60,179 nt of DNA from Girardia tigrina (lineage: Eukaryota), in the NCBI GenBank assembly GCA_001938485.1, contig MQRK01251260.1, positions 1 through 60,179 on the forward strand, given 5' to 3'. Shown here in pieces: positions 1 through 13,228 of this stretch. Under the pieces are notes generated by a model. It saw nothing but the letters and a program-made list of their open reading frames with translations. It was not told the DNA's origin and searched no databases. How positions within the stretch are numbered: position 1 is the first letter of the stretch; the number at the start of each line of letters is the position of its first letter. The translations under genes and the position numbers were made by a program.

Positions 1-120
1 AACCGTGGGTGGGATAAACGCCAACGGTGGTAACGTCACCTCTGATTCTGAAGACGAGCAGTAATGGAATCAAGCGACGAATCAGGCCTCGCTGAATTGT
101 CCGCGCTGAATTGACTGAAC
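1..120 (+). mobile_element. possible 3' end of a Mutator-like DNA transposon
   Basis: Acidic ORF end (..NVTSDSEDEQ*) followed by tandem cgctgaattg(tc/ac) repeats typical of animal MULE termini. Confidence 0.35.
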
Positions 121-253
121 TAGAAATATTCTCTTCTTCAATCTCTTTATTAGATAAATCAAGTGAATTTGATTTTGATCTAATGATCAATATAATCTTG
201 AAAATACGTTGATTCGCTCTCGTGTACTGGTATCATACAAGTAGCACTGATAC

Positions 254-473
254 CTGACTCCAGTATTGTGGAATAGGGTTTCTCATAAAACTGAATATAT
301 TCTTCCAGGCCGATGAGGCACGAATCTGTTGAAATTTCAGCCAAGTAGCCGATTATAACTGTAAAATATATCGGGATCGTAAACATGAATGGTATCAATG
401 TATCAATACTCTGTTGGGGAATCAAATCTGGAACATTATCACGAATATTTTCCAGAACTTCCGCTAATTTCAT
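254..473 (-). CDS. TEX47: TEX47-like exons 5-6 (410-473, 254-358)
   Basis: 51-nt in-frame GT-AG intron inside ORF 180..473; phases consistent. Confidence 0.75.
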
Positions 474-3400
474 CTATGATACACAGTCATGAAATAACCG
501 TTTGAAAAATAATGTTACAAATATATTACTGTTTCGTTTTATTGGATTAAACTCATAGATAAAATGTGAAAAAAAGAACAATATCTATAGAGAACCGAAA
601 ATTTGTATAGGGTTTGCAGTCTTCTTAAAATCTAGCTTAACATCTAGATTAACATCTAGATCAAAAAATGAACGCCATTTTTCAAATTTATTTTTGGTTT
701 TGTAATTAATTTCGGCGGATTACCCGGTGCCATCTTCAGACTAAATTAACATTAGCTTTTTGCTGCTTATATATGAGAAGGTGATTATGTAATCAGTTAT
801 GCCATAAAGGTTCTACTTGAAAATGTTTAACAGATAAGTTAAGTGTGACGCTGGAATATTAATTTTTGGATCAATGGATCTTGTTAATAAGGCCTCACAC
901 ATCACTTTCTCCCAGTAATTTTTAAATCGATTACACAGAATTTGAAAATCATTTTCTTTTTACATTTTAAATTAGGTTATTTCAAGCAATGATCAGGGGT
1001 AACGGATTGCAGTTCATCCTTGCTTTATCACGAATCTAGGTCCAGAAAAAGAAGAAGTGACCCCATCCATATTGATTAATGAAAACTTAAACGACAAAGT
1101 ATATTGGAATATATCACGTGACCAAGCCAATCATTCATCTCATTGACGAATGTTTGCGATTTTTTGCTCATAAAGCACGGAGCCAACCTCATACAATATT
1201 ATGGGTTTTCGATTTGTTGCACGAATACTTCGACTGTCGAGTTATTGCATTAGATGCGGAGCTTGTTTTTTCATTTTACACCATTATTTTTAGGAAAAAT
1301 GCAAATTTATACGCTAATTTTTTTACAAATTTTTACGCTAAATGGAAAATACAATAAAAAACTATAAAAAAAACATGCATAATTATATTGTATTACAACT
1401 GAGTCGGATAGACTAATAATCTTCTTCCTTTTCTTAGTACATCCAACATTTGGGCAACAATAAGCATACAGTTGTGGTTATAATTCACCTGCCACCCCTA
1501 AAAATACTGAGATCGAAAGCCTCCTTCAACCAGACGTCGACAAATGGTTTGTGCGCTAGGCAATTTATCAATGTTAGCTGGACGATCAGCTTGTATTGCG
1601 CGGGAACCAGCAAATGGATTGGTCTTGCAGGATCTCAAAATGGCTCGATCTGTCACCTTGCTTGTGATACGCGGCCTTCCACTGCGTTTCGTATAGGCAA
1701 AGGCGCCGGTGGCTTGATGAAGACGGAGAGTGTCGGCTACTGCAGCGCGGCTAATATTGAATCGCAGGGTAATTGCACGGTTCGAGACTCCAGTGTCGTG
1801 TAAAGCGACGATTTGTGCCCTCAGAGTGGGTAAAAGTTGGTAGCCAGTCATGTCGGAATAGTCACAAATACTTTTATATATCATAATAGCATAATGGGTA
1901 TGCTACTAAAGCTGTATTCTTATTGGATGTTGGTTAAGAACATTATTTACACGTACTTACACACACACGCAGATATTAATTTTCTTTCAAATGCAAGAGT
2001 GACCGGTGAATTATGGCTACGACTGTTTTATTTTTTATCTCTCTGAATCCATATTCGACTTTCATCATTATAACCAACTCCTTCATATGATTTCCATAGG
2101 TTTACCGTTCGTTTCTTAAATTCTTTTGTATTATTATTGTTATCCATTTATAGATAAATTTTAATCAATTTTTAAAATTGGAAATAAATTAAAAAAACTA
2201 AATAATAAAAATAAAAGAACGCCATTTTAAAATATATCATTTATAAATTTTTAATATTTTAAAAAATTGGAAAGAAAGTTGAATTATATTTAGCGTAAGA
2301 AATTGTAAAAAAATAGCGTAAAAAACTGTAAAAGTTAACTTAAAAAATTAGAGTTCAAATTGTTAAATTAGTAAAAATTATATAATTAGCGTACAAATTT
2401 GCATTTTTTATTGTATTTTCCATTTATCGCAAAAAATAAAAAAAAATATGCGTAAAAATTGTAAAATTAGCGTAAATTTTGTAAAATTAGCGCATGAATT
2501 GTAGAGCGCCCATTATTTTTATTAATAGTTTATTTACTAATCAATTTCTATGGTGACCCGACAAATGCGCTAAAAGGGGATTGCAAAGCTGTTTTAATTA
2601 CTTAATGTTAAAGATATTTTTGAATTATAAAATGTATTTAATTTAATTCAAAAATATTTTTTGCACTAAATAATATTCACTTCGTGCTAAAAATATTTTT
2701 GAAATATAAATTTCGTCCTACAATTTACACATTGATCGATCATTTCCGTCGTGAACAAGACTTTGTTTTGTTTTGTTTTTTTTGGAATTTCTACTCAAAC
2801 AGCCAGTAAATCTAAGTACGTACAATCAGTGTTTTTTCTAGCCCTGTACGGGGGGGAACATTCCCCCATCAAAAAATTCCAATTATAAGCCATACTTAGA
2901 AATAAACACGCAAATAATAATGACATATTATGCAAATAATGGAGTAAAACAACAGCCCACATACACTTAAAGTAAAGAGGTAGTTTGTGGAACTGTTTTC
3001 AATCAATTGCACATAGCAAGTGAATCCGATATGCAAGAGAACCAAGATCGTCTAGTAGACTATTTAAAGGTAGAATATTGGCTGGTTAAAGAGGAAATAC
3101 CGCACACTACAAAGCATGGCAGACTGCTGAATCTCTGCACTGAACTAGATGGTAGTGGGCACATGAACCAATGGCAGGAGCTCCGCCTTCAAAATACTAC
3201 TTATATTTCCCACAACATTCCTTGTGAGTTTCTTGTTGCTTTCAAAAAACACATGCAAGTCTTTTTAAAAGACCAACTGAAACCATTCATTATTGGTGTA
3301 CCCTATCTGTCTGTCGTGGCTGATAAGGAGACTGGTCTGCGAGGAAGAACTACTCTGTTAGTTTGTCTTCGTTATCTTGACCTTAATGGTGAGCCAAAAG

Positions 3401-6001
3401 AAATCTTTATAAGTTTTCAGGAGTTGTAAAATACAGAGGCAACTACAAAAAACTTTCCAAATCTTTCAATATTGGCTTCTATTATTCTCCTGTGTCTTTT
3501 GGGTACGCCTACTGTCGAGAGGTCCTTTAGTCCAGTGAACCGAATAGACTCTCTCTCTCAAATCTAGAAGCTTGAATGCTCATTTCCATCGAGGGAAAGG
3601 ATACACTTTCCAATGAGGAAGCATTGGAAATTCTTCGTATTTGGCATAGACAAAAGGAGAGGCGAATTCGCATCTCTTTTATGGGTTAATACTATATTGA
3701 GCATTAGTTATTAATAAATCTTTTACATTTGGTGTTTGTGTTGACTTGCTGATTGTATATCAAGGTTAACTGTATAGTTGTAATACCAACACATCCAATC
3801 AATTAAAAAAAACAACGAAATTCTAACACCCCCTAGAAAACGAGGTTCCCCCAAAACCGTTAGGCTGAAAGAAACACTGCGTACAATTATCCAAACGTCT
3901 TGCTGCAATTATTCCTACTTATAATATACGTGAATTTTAGGAGTATTTGCATGCAGTAGCTCTAATATTGACATTTAGATTGTCTCTTTTAGATAATTGT
4001 TTAATTGATAATAAATTTGTGTTTTTGAATCTTTTGTTCAGTATATTAAATTGATATTGGCATTAAGATTGATATTGACATTAATTATTTCTAATATATT
4101 TTAAATAAATCATTCCAATAAAATCCAATACCTATAATTTGACAATGACTCAAAATATCTTTAGCAATAAGTAAATAATAATAAAAAATTTTCAAAAAAA
4201 TCTATTAATTTTATAATTCGAAAATATCATAAATATTAAATAATTAAAAACAGTTTTGCAATCCCCTTTTAGCGCATTTGTCAGGAAACCAATACAAAAT
4301 TGGACTAAAAATTTGGACTTAGGAAAAAAAGTTTTGTTGTGTAATATTTATATGAAGATAAATCAACAATCTTAGTCAATCTGTGAGTGTGGGAGTTCAC
4401 TAATCCGTGTTTTGAGATGATGATTTGCATCGTACATAAGAGAGACGAATCGTCATCTACAAACATGGATTAGTGAAAAGTCATATTTTGTTAATAACTG
4501 CAAATGCTGCAAAGAAAGAACCTCATCGATCTCGAAAGTGAGAGTTTTCTACTAATCAGAAGAATTTCGATTCACGTTGTGATGAAAAATTCTGAATGTT
4601 GTAAGTTCGTTGTTTGCATGATGTTTAGATTGGTGACTCTCCTGTCATACGTAAGTTTTGGTTTGGTGTGCCTGAAATCATGTGTCGCGGTGTGAAAGAA
4701 CTTTTGCATGCTAATGGAGGTACAACTTCCTATTGAAATAAATTATCCTCTATATTTCATGTCTTTTTTTCCCAATGTGCAATTAAAACCGCCCCATTGT
4801 AAGTTACCTTGTAAGTATGAAAGATAAATAAACATACAGCTTCCTCAAATAACAGTTTATAGATTTGTTAATAATTAGTCAAGGATTACGCGATTGATCA
4901 TAATTCGTATCTTTACTTATTTCTTAAATTAAATAAAATAATAAAAAATAAAATTTACAGCAAATATCTCGGGAACGAATTCTCGTTGATCCTAAATAGC
5001 CGAGATACATTATTCAACATAAATAACAGCCCATCTCACTTTCAAAGGTTCCTTGAAAAGATAAACGCCAAGCTTGGTCAGTTGGTTCATTACGTCTATA
5101 ACGATCTTATGATCGGGTTCATTCGTCTCAAACAAGTTTATATTTGCGGGCTCCATGTCCAGTATTTTGGTGTTGTACTGTACATATAGTCTCTGATTAA
5201 GATTCCTCGAAACAACAAGTATTCTGCTCTTGGAGAATATTAATGACATGTCATCAACATCACCACGTTCCATCATTTTCAATAGCTTTATAATGTCAAG
5301 AATCGTGCGATCTGTAGACTGAAAACATTATAATAAATTACCGAATTTGACAAAAAAACATTAATTGTTCAGCATTGACACAGCTCAACCAAGAAAAATT
5401 GTTTATTTGTTATATTTATTATCATATTTCAAATGATTTGTTGTATTAATTTTCTCCAGACAATAGCTAAAATATTTTTTGAATACTTTGTAATTTTACA
5501 TTTATCAATGCATTAAAAATGATTTTCTTGAATTTATTTATATAATTCACTGAAATAATTACATCAAATAATAAAAACTAATTAAATCAAAATGATATTA
5601 AAACTGCAAAAACGACAAAAAATAAATTTAAAGAATAATTAGTATCGCTTGAAATGAATTTAAAAAANNNNNNNNNNNNNNNNNNNNNNNNNNNNNNNNN
5701 NNNNNNNNNNNNNNNNNNNNNNNNNNNNNNNNNNNNNNNNNNNNNNNNNNNNNNNNNNNNNNNNNNNNNNNNNNNNNNNNNNNNNNNNNNNNNNNNNNNN
5801 NNNNNNNNNNNNNNNNNNNNNNNNNNNNNNNNNNNNNNNNNNNNNNNNNNNNNNNNNNNNNNNNNNNNNNNNNNNNNNNNNNNNNNNNNNNNNNNNNNNN
5901 NNNNNNNNNNNNNNNNNNNNNNNNNNNNNNNNNNNNNNNNNNNNNNNNNNNNNNNNNNNNNNNNNNNNNNNNNNNNNNNNNNNNNNNNNNNNNNNNNNNC
6001 G

Positions 6002-6056
<55 letters not shown>

Positions 6057-8026
6057 GATAATATATTTTATATATATATTATCAATATATTATATATATA
6101 TATATCCATAGAATTTAGATACCTATTTTTGAAGGCCTTTTACTCAATCAATGTTCTTCAAACTTGGTACACTTACGTGGTGCGATCCATAAGTCCTTAG
6201 ATTCGACAAGAAAGCAAAGTTCAATCAACTTTATTTTTTCAGAATCAGTACATGACATCAAAGTAAATCATTTCTCAATGTATGAGCCGTGTACATCAAC
6301 ACACTTGCGTCAGCGAGCAACAAGCTCAGAGAACGCATTTTTGTAAAAAATGGGAGGCAAAGAATTGAGAATATCAAGGACTTTCTCCTTGAGGACATCA
6401 ACTTAATGAAAGTTGACACCTTTCAAATGTTTCTTTAGGTGTTTAAACAACGCAAAATCACTTGGGGCTAGGTCAGTGCTATAGGGGGGTGGTAAACCAA
6501 CTGAAAACCACAGTCGTCCACAGCAGTCAAAGTTGCTCGCGAAGTGTGAATTGGTGCATTGTCTTGAAGGATCCACAATGGGATTCCTCTTGGTTTCCTA
6601 CGAGACTTTCTCACATCGCGAAGTAATTCAACATAATACTCACTATTCATTGTCAGTCCTTTCTCAAGAAAATCAATTTTAATAATGCCATGAGAATCCC
6701 AGAACACAGTCAGCATTGCTGCTCGCTTGTGCGAGGTGCCGATTCGAATTTTTCGGGGAGCACTTTCACAGGGGGAAGCACCACTCAGAAGATTAATGTT
6801 TGCTCTCAGGCACATACAAGCTCACCGGGGTTTCATCTTGTGTAACGATGTTGTTGATGAAGCGATCACCATGAGTGCGAAGCAACTCCAAATTGGCAGA
6901 GCAACACTGCAAACGTTTGTCGCACATTTCACCGGATAGGAACCGGGAACAAAACGTTAACACAGTTTACGAACTCCAAATGATTGCAGAATATCATATG
7001 TAGAATGGTAGCTGATGGATAGACGCTGTGCAAGTTCACGGATGCTTATTCGTCTCTCTTCCGACACGATCTTAATGCACAAATCCCTTTCCCGGGAAAA
7101 ATTTCACACGGTCGTCCTGATCTCTCAGCATCAAAAGCGGATTGTCCTCCATTTTTAAAGTCTCTGATCCAATTATACACTGTTTCATGTGATGAGCACT
7201 GGTCACCGTAAGCTTCCTGCAACTGCTGCAAAATATCACAGCTTTTAGTATTGCGCAGGAGCAGAAATTTTATCACGCTGCGATATTCGACGTTACAGTC
7301 CATGTCTACAGTAAAAATTGAAATAATGGCTGTACGCACCACTCACCCACACAGGTTTGGTATGGTGAGTCATATCTGTAACCAATGATAGCTCATCTAT
7401 TTATAGTATCCACGGCATATACGTCATAATCTTATTTATCAACGAGTCTAAGGACTTAGGGATCGCATCACGACTCATTCTCAATGATAATAAATGATTA
7501 TGTGAAAATTTGATCAAAAAAATTTTTAAGATCCCAAAATTGGAAAATTCTGAGTTCCAGAACAATATTAATTGAAAAAGATATACTTATAAATTATAAG
7601 TAGTTTATATTAATTTTTTATTGTGTTTTTTAAATCATTTTTTTATAATTAAAACTTTGTTGGCAAAGTAGAGTTCTGTCTGAATAAAGAATTGAGATAA
7701 AAAATTATTTTTTTCTGATTTAATAGTTAATAATAACATAAGGAACAATTAGAATGCATCCAATATATGTCTGAATTCGATATTTTACAAAGGTTTAAAT
7801 TGCTATTTACCCTCAAATTATTTGTTAAGTAATTTATTAATAAATGATTTATTAAATAATTGATTATATAAGACAGTAACATTTGTTAATCAATCCTTAA
7901 TATAGTGGAATATCGCCCAAAATATATAGTAAAAAATTTTTGATTTTTTGAATGGCATTATTAATTATGATTAAAAAATTTCCATTATTTTTAAATTTCT
8001 TAAAGTTCTGAATTTAATATTTTAAA

Positions 8027-8057
<31 letters not shown>

Positions 8058-11000
8058 GTAAATGGAAAAAAATCCCAATACAAAAATTAAAAATCACAAT
8101 TGATAATCATTAACTGCATTATATAATTATGCACTCTTTTTAATAATCTTTTCTGTTGATAACGGTCAATCCGTCAAAATTAATATTTTTTTAAAAATAA
8201 AACAAATAATTGACTTAATTCTTTTTATTCTAAAATAAAAAAAATCTAAATTTAAAATAACAAAAAATAATTTAAATGAAAAAAACCTATTTTAAAATAA
8301 AATTTGTTTTACCAGATCATTTTTGTTGTTTAACCAGATCATTTGTTTTTTTTTTGATAATTTTTGTTTTACCAGATTATTTAAGTCGAACATTTATACA
8401 CAACATTCGGTATCATTTTAAAGCCCATAAAAAGGTGAATCAAACTACACTTTAAAAGTTAAATCTTTAAACTTTATTCCCCTATTTTTTACATTTACTA
8501 GTTAGAATGATTGAAGAAAAAACAGTAATTCATGTCTTATTACGACATCATTGGAAAATAGGCTTAACAGTAGCATCTGTGACTCAAGAAATTTGCAACG
8601 TGGAAATTAAGGATGTGCTCAAGAAAAATACAGATCAGTGGTGGTTTCGTCGCTTTAATCAGGGAGATACAAGTCTTGAAGATCAGGAACGTTCAGTTCG
8701 ACCATCAGTGGTGGAACAGCAGCCTTTGTGAGCATCCGCAGACTGTCCGAGGAGTTCGGCCATTTTCAAAGCACCATAATTCGTCACTTGAATAACTTGG
8801 GATTTGTAAATAAAAATCCACTCCGAGTTGCCCACGAATTGACAAATATTCAAGCCCAGCGTCGAATTGATCTTTGCCGCGAACTACTTAATAACCCCAG
8901 AGACAGCCGTTTTTGGAAGCGAATTATTACAGTAGATGAAAAAGGGATTTTCTTCGTAATTCTAGTGGAGATCAGCCAACTCAAGGTTGCTTCGAAAAGA
9001 AGGTGATGTTGCGTGTTTGATGGAATGATGAGGGACCTCTGCACTGGGAACTTGTTCCTGATGGTCGAGCCATCGATGGTAACATTCATGCTGGACAATT
9101 ACAGCGAGTTCATGATGCTTTGAGCACTCGCTACCCAGGATTGTTGAATCGTGGCAATTTACTCAGGCACTATAATCCATTAATTAACAATCAACATGGA
9201 CAAAGTAAAGCCGCTTCAAATTTTAATTAATTCAAAATTTTGACCAATAATATATGTTTANNNNNNNNNNNNNNNNNNNNNNNNNNNNNNNNNNNNNNNN
9301 NNNNNNNNNNACTGAAATAATTACATCAAATAATAAAAACTAATTAAATCAAAATGATATTAAAACTGCAAAAACGACAAAAAATAAATTTAAAGAATAA
9401 TTAGTATCGCTTGAAATGAATTTAAAAAAACAAAGCGATTTCAGACACCATTAAAATGATTTATTATCAACATATATGGTTAATTTGGACGGCTGGCAGA
9501 CAAATAAATAATGAAAAAACAAGCATAAATATGAATGTGACTATTGTGTGATCTTCATGTAATGGCTATTTCTTCCATTCTTTTTATTAGCTTACTTTAT
9601 ATATATATCCATGGAATTTAGATAGCTATTTTTGAAGGCCTTTTACTCAATCAATGTTCTTCAAACTTGGTACACTTACGTGGTGCGATCCATAAGTCAT
9701 TAGACTCGACAAGAAAGTAAAGTCCAATCAACTTTATTTTTTCAGAATCAGTACATAACATCAAAGTAAATCATTTCTCAATGTATGAGCCATGTACACA
9801 CTTGCGTCAGCGAGCAACAAGCTCAGTGAACGCATTTTTATAAAAATTGGTAATCAAAGAATTGAGAATATCAAGGACATCAACTTGAGGACATCAACTG
9901 AATGAAAGTGGAATTTATTTATATAATTCACTGAAATAATTACATCAAAGTAACACACCTTTTCAAAGTAACACACCTTTCAAATGTTTCTTTAGGTGTT
10001 AAAACAACGCAAAATCACTTGGGGCTAGGTCAGGGCTGAAAGCCACAGTCATCCACAGCAATCAAAGTTGCTCGCGAAGTGTGAATGGGTGCATTGTCTT
10101 GAAGGAGCCACAATGGGATTTCTCTTGGTTTCCTACGAGACTTTCTCACATTGCGAAGTAATTCAACATAATAATCACCATTCATTGTCAGTCCTTTCTC
10201 AAGAAAATCAATTTTAATAATACCATGGGAATCCCAGAACACAGTCAGCATTGCTGCTTACTTGTGCGAGGTGCCGAATCGAAGTTTTCGGGGAGCACTT
10301 TCACAGGGGAAGTACCACTCAGAAGATTGATGCTTGCTCTCAGGCACATACAAGCTCACCAGGGTTTCATCTTGTGTAACGATGTTGTTGATGAAGCGAT
10401 CACCATGAGTGCGAAGCAACTCCAAATTGGCAGAGCAACACTGCAAATGTTTGTCGCACATTTTACCGGATATGAATCTGGAACAAAACGTGAACACAGT
10501 TTGCGAACTCCAAATGATTGCAGAATATCATATGTAGAATGGTAGCTGATGGATAGATGCTGTGCAAGTTCACGGATGCTTATTCGTCTCTCTTCCGACA
10601 CGATCTTAATGCACAAATCACTTTTCCCGAGTAAAATTTCACACGATCGTCCTGATATCTCAGCATCAAAAACGAATTGTCCGCCATGTTTAAAGTCTCT
10701 GATCCAATTATACACTGTTGCACGTGATGGGCACTGGTCACCGTAAGCTTCTTGCAACTTCTGCAAAATATCACAGCTTTTAGTATTGCGCAGGAGCAGA
10801 AATTTTATCACGCTGCGATATTCGACGTTACTGTCCATGTCTACAGTAAAAAGTGAAATAATGACTGTACGCACCACTCACCCACACAGGTTTGGTATGG
10901 TGAGTCATATCTGTAACCAATGATAGCTCATCTATTTATAGTATCAACGGCATATACGTCATAATCTTATTTATCAACGAGTCTAAGGACATAGGGATCG

Positions 11001-11871
11001 CACCACGTACTCATTATCAATGACAATAAATGATTATGTGAATCGTGGCAATTTAATCAGCACTATAATCCATTAATTAACATTCAACATGGACAAAGTA
11101 AAGCGGCTTCAAATTTTAATTAATTCAAAATTTTGACCAATAATATATGTTTAAAATATAATTCATTTAAATTATGTTACAATTAATAGGAAATTTTAGA
11201 TTACAATTAAAAATTGCTGAAGATGATGTGAAAATACATCGAAACATGCCCGAATTATAAAAATTGCTTTATTCACATTAGTTGTAAACGATATATGTTA
11301 TGCAGAATTTTGTAATTGCCGAATTCATGAATTTCTATGAAAATTACTCAATTAAGAATGCATAAACTTCTTCCTTGGTGACAAGCTGAATTACAAACGT
11401 TTGTATTTTTAAACATTTTTTATTTTAAATTGATATTTTTTCATATATAATATATGCATATATTTATATGTAAAAGATCGCAGTGCGATGAGTGTGTAGC
11501 AGAGCTCACCTCGATGATGTGGATGGCGTGATTGGGATACACCAATAGTATTCCCGTGATTCGATAATATCCCGTGTATCCTTCCATTTTTTTCTCCCAA
11601 AAATCTACAAAAAATGTCCAATTCGATCACAATTTGCCGCTCAAAGATCGGTTATTACCGGCGACTATTTGTCTGAAATCGAGAGATTTGTTCGGAGGCA
11701 ATTTCGATACGATTGTGATTCTATGGATCGATTCTTTCTTGATGTTACTTCAGTGGCGCTATGGAAACAATTTAGAAATACCTTGACTGCATTTATGTCT
11801 TTCTCTTGCAGAAAATGGTAGATAGATTTTGTGAAAATCTCTTCTTCTTCAGTTTCAGCGGTCGATGTCAT
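254..11871 (-). CDS. TEX47: TEX47/C7orf62-like protein (BLUF-like fold), spliced; exons 11782-11871, 11659-11737, 11510-11604, 5040-5318, 410-473, 254-358; last exon not securely located
   Basis: GT-AG introns with consistent phases give MTSTAETEEEEIFTKSIYHFLQEKDINAVK|KESIHRITIVSKLPPNKSLDFRQIVA|DFWEKKMEGYTGYYRITGILLVYPNHAIHIIE|STDRTILDIIKLL..SRILVVSRNLNQRLY..QLTKLGVYLFKEPLK|MKLAEVLENIRDNVPDLIPQQ|IIIGYLAE..YIQFYEKPYSTILES. These segments match remembered TEX47 motifs (TGLLLIYP..LHILES, IVVMSHNIPTRLF, KLALYLFK, YNRPIHITLDSE). Confidence 0.8.
700..1010 (-). mobile_element. Penelope-like element remnant (GIY-YIG C-terminus plus hammerhead-like motif)
   Basis: DFQILCNRFKNYWEKVMCEALLTRSIDPKINI; downstream CTGAAGA..GAAA motif. 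Confidence 0.6.
1469..2025 (-). mobile_element. internally deleted Tc1-like element
   Basis: Imperfect TIRs cagt(t/c)gt(g/a)g..ataattcacc; ORF 1498..1884 has a paired-like HTH and RSGRPR but no DDE domain. Confidence 0.75.
2552..4290. mobile_element. non-autonomous TIR element hosting a nested hAT
   Basis: ~45-bp inverted repeats gacaaatgcgctaaaaggggattgcaaa at ~2552-2600 and ~4241-4290. Confidence 0.65.
2827..3879 (+). mobile_element. hAT element, internally deleted (ZNF862/KIAA1586-like transposase remnant)
   Basis: TIRs cagtgttt..gcc; perfect 8-bp TSD CGTACAAT (2819-2826 and 3880-3887); ORF 3007..3429 (YWLVKEEIPHTTK, SVVADKETG, VCLRY) and a dimerization-domain remnant FPNLSILA..VERSFS. 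Confidence 0.88.
5040..5318 (-). CDS. TEX47: TEX47-like exon 4
   Basis: ttttcag acceptor and gtgaga donor; 279 nt, phase 0-0; overlaps ORF 5010..5282. Confidence 0.8.
6176..7472 (-). mobile_element. mariner (irritans/Himar1-like), full length, frameshifted; copy A
   Basis: TIR cgtggtgcgatccataagtccttaga; EYRSVIKFL, VTQDET, MLTVFWDSHGII, LQDNAPIH, HPP..PDLAPSDF. Confidence 0.93.
8507..9150 (+). mobile_element. mariner transposase remnant
   Basis: QWWFRRFNQGDTSLEDQERSVRP, RVAHELT, KRIITVDEK. Confidence 0.8.
9311..11153 (+). repeat. duplicate of 5549-9260 (allelic haplotype or tandem duplication)
   Basis: 9311-9428 repeats 5549-5667; 9600-11040 repeats ~6100-7505; 11040-11153 repeats 9147-9260; the two copies are joined by an N gap. 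Confidence 0.85.
9679..11007 (-). mobile_element. mariner (irritans-like); copy B at the same flanking site as copy A
   Basis: Same TIRs, TA TSD and flanks as 6176-7472. Confidence 0.93.
11510..11871 (-). CDS. TEX47: TEX47-like exons 1-3 (11782-11871, 11659-11737, 11510-11604)
   Basis: ATG at 11871; 44-nt and 54-nt GT-AG introns; ITGILLVYPNHAIHIIE motif. Confidence 0.78.
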
Positions 11872-12296
11872 TAGTGATATTTTGTGTATCTATGGAATTG
11901 GAAAATTAAAACAAATGTTTTTTGTTAATTTTTTTCTTCGGAATAAATTGCGTTTAAAAATATTTATCACTTTTTTGGCAAAAGAAATTTTAGTTTTTTT
12001 GTTATTATTTATTTGTAATTCTTTTTTGATGGAATTGATAATTATTTATGCATATAATAGTATTATTTTAGTAGTTAAATTTTGAAAAAAATGCTGTAAA
12101 TTTATTATCTTTTATTGATTTAAATTCTTGAAAATTTTAAATTTATTTTGACAACTTTCAATAATTTTGACTTTAACGTTTGTCATCAATATAAATATGA
12201 TTAAAAGGAAAATTACCTATATGCTGCCGGTAGTTAGTTACACTGTCACAATTTCATCAGAAGTTCATTTAAATTATTGAATATAAGATGTAAAAT

Positions 12297-13078
12297 TGTT
12301 GAGTGTTTAATGTGTTTTATAAAAATAACTAGGAATAATTATTTTTTCTTTATAAAATATATTTGATATGTACAATTTAGTTACAAGTTAAAAGTGAAAG
12401 GAAGTATTTTATTTGGCCCCTAGCCGATTTTATACATGCTGACCGAGAGCCTTAACGACAACTCGGGTTTGCTTATGAATTTTAATAGTTTTACTTCACA
12501 CTTTACAGTGTGTTTATATAAAAATATGGTATTTAATAATTACTTTAATATTACTTTTTAGTTGCTTTTAAATATCAATCAATTACTTTTTTTATAGTTT
12601 CTTTCTTTCCTTCGCTTTTTAAACAAGTTTTCTTGAACTTTTTGATTCAACAATTTCTTAATCGTCTTGAGTCGCACTTAAATAGATTTACTTGTCTTTA
12701 ATTTATGCGACGTCGTCTAGACCAAATATAATTAAGATAAGCTTGACTTTCCTTCTTAACTTGAACTTGTAAACTCTCTTAAACTTGTACTCTTAAACTT
12801 ACTCTGTCTTAATTAATAATGACCTGTTATACTATCTCTTTCTTTTTAAATTAATTTTAATTTTAATTTATTGTTTATTATTTTCCTTTAAATATTTACC
12901 TTTTTTCTGTTCTTTTATTTATTTAAATTTTCTCAATATCTTGTTTATTTATATAAAATATATAATTTTAAAATTAAAACATAAACAATTTCGATTTATG
13001 GTTTTTTTATTTTTTTCTAATTTAAACAAATATCAAAATATAATACATTATTATACATTTTGGAATATTCCCTCAAAA
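12297..13078 (-). repeat. LTR (minus strand), diverged inverted relative of LTR 17191-17930
   Basis: Minus strand starts t(t)ttgagggaatatt..aaaatgtataata and ends cactcaaca; 12297-12570 aligns with the reverse complement of ~17640-17930 (ttggcccct(a/g)gccgattttata, cacacttt(a/g)cagtgtgtttatataaa). Confidence 0.8.
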
Positions 13079-13228
13079 ATTGTGGGGGACACAAAAAATT
13101 TATGTCTCCATAAATCGTATAAAAATATACATAAGACGTCTGCAATTATACAATATACGTGCATTACAGGAATTAAAGAAGAAGGAATCAATAACACTTA
13201 ATAAATATCAAATAACAAAGAGAAAAAA

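Noticed and set aside
1-49. Final TEX47 exon (EVTLPPLAFIPPTV) on minus strand
   Set aside because: Phase fits but the conserved W-P is missing, and the plus strand reads better as a transposon end; left unresolved.
2290-2500. CRISPR-like array (tagcgtaaa..tgtaaaa repeats)
   Set aside because: Short degenerate subterminal-type repeats without unique spacers; eukaryotic context, no cas genes.
5654-6058. Long ORFs spanning N runs (also 35238-35996, 42386-42804, 52771-53519)
   Set aside because: Artefacts of translating assembly gaps and (TA)n microsatellites.
13079-13095. tRNA-Pro PBS (tgtgggggacac)
   Set aside because: Only ~6 nt match, and the orientation is wrong relative to the LTR.
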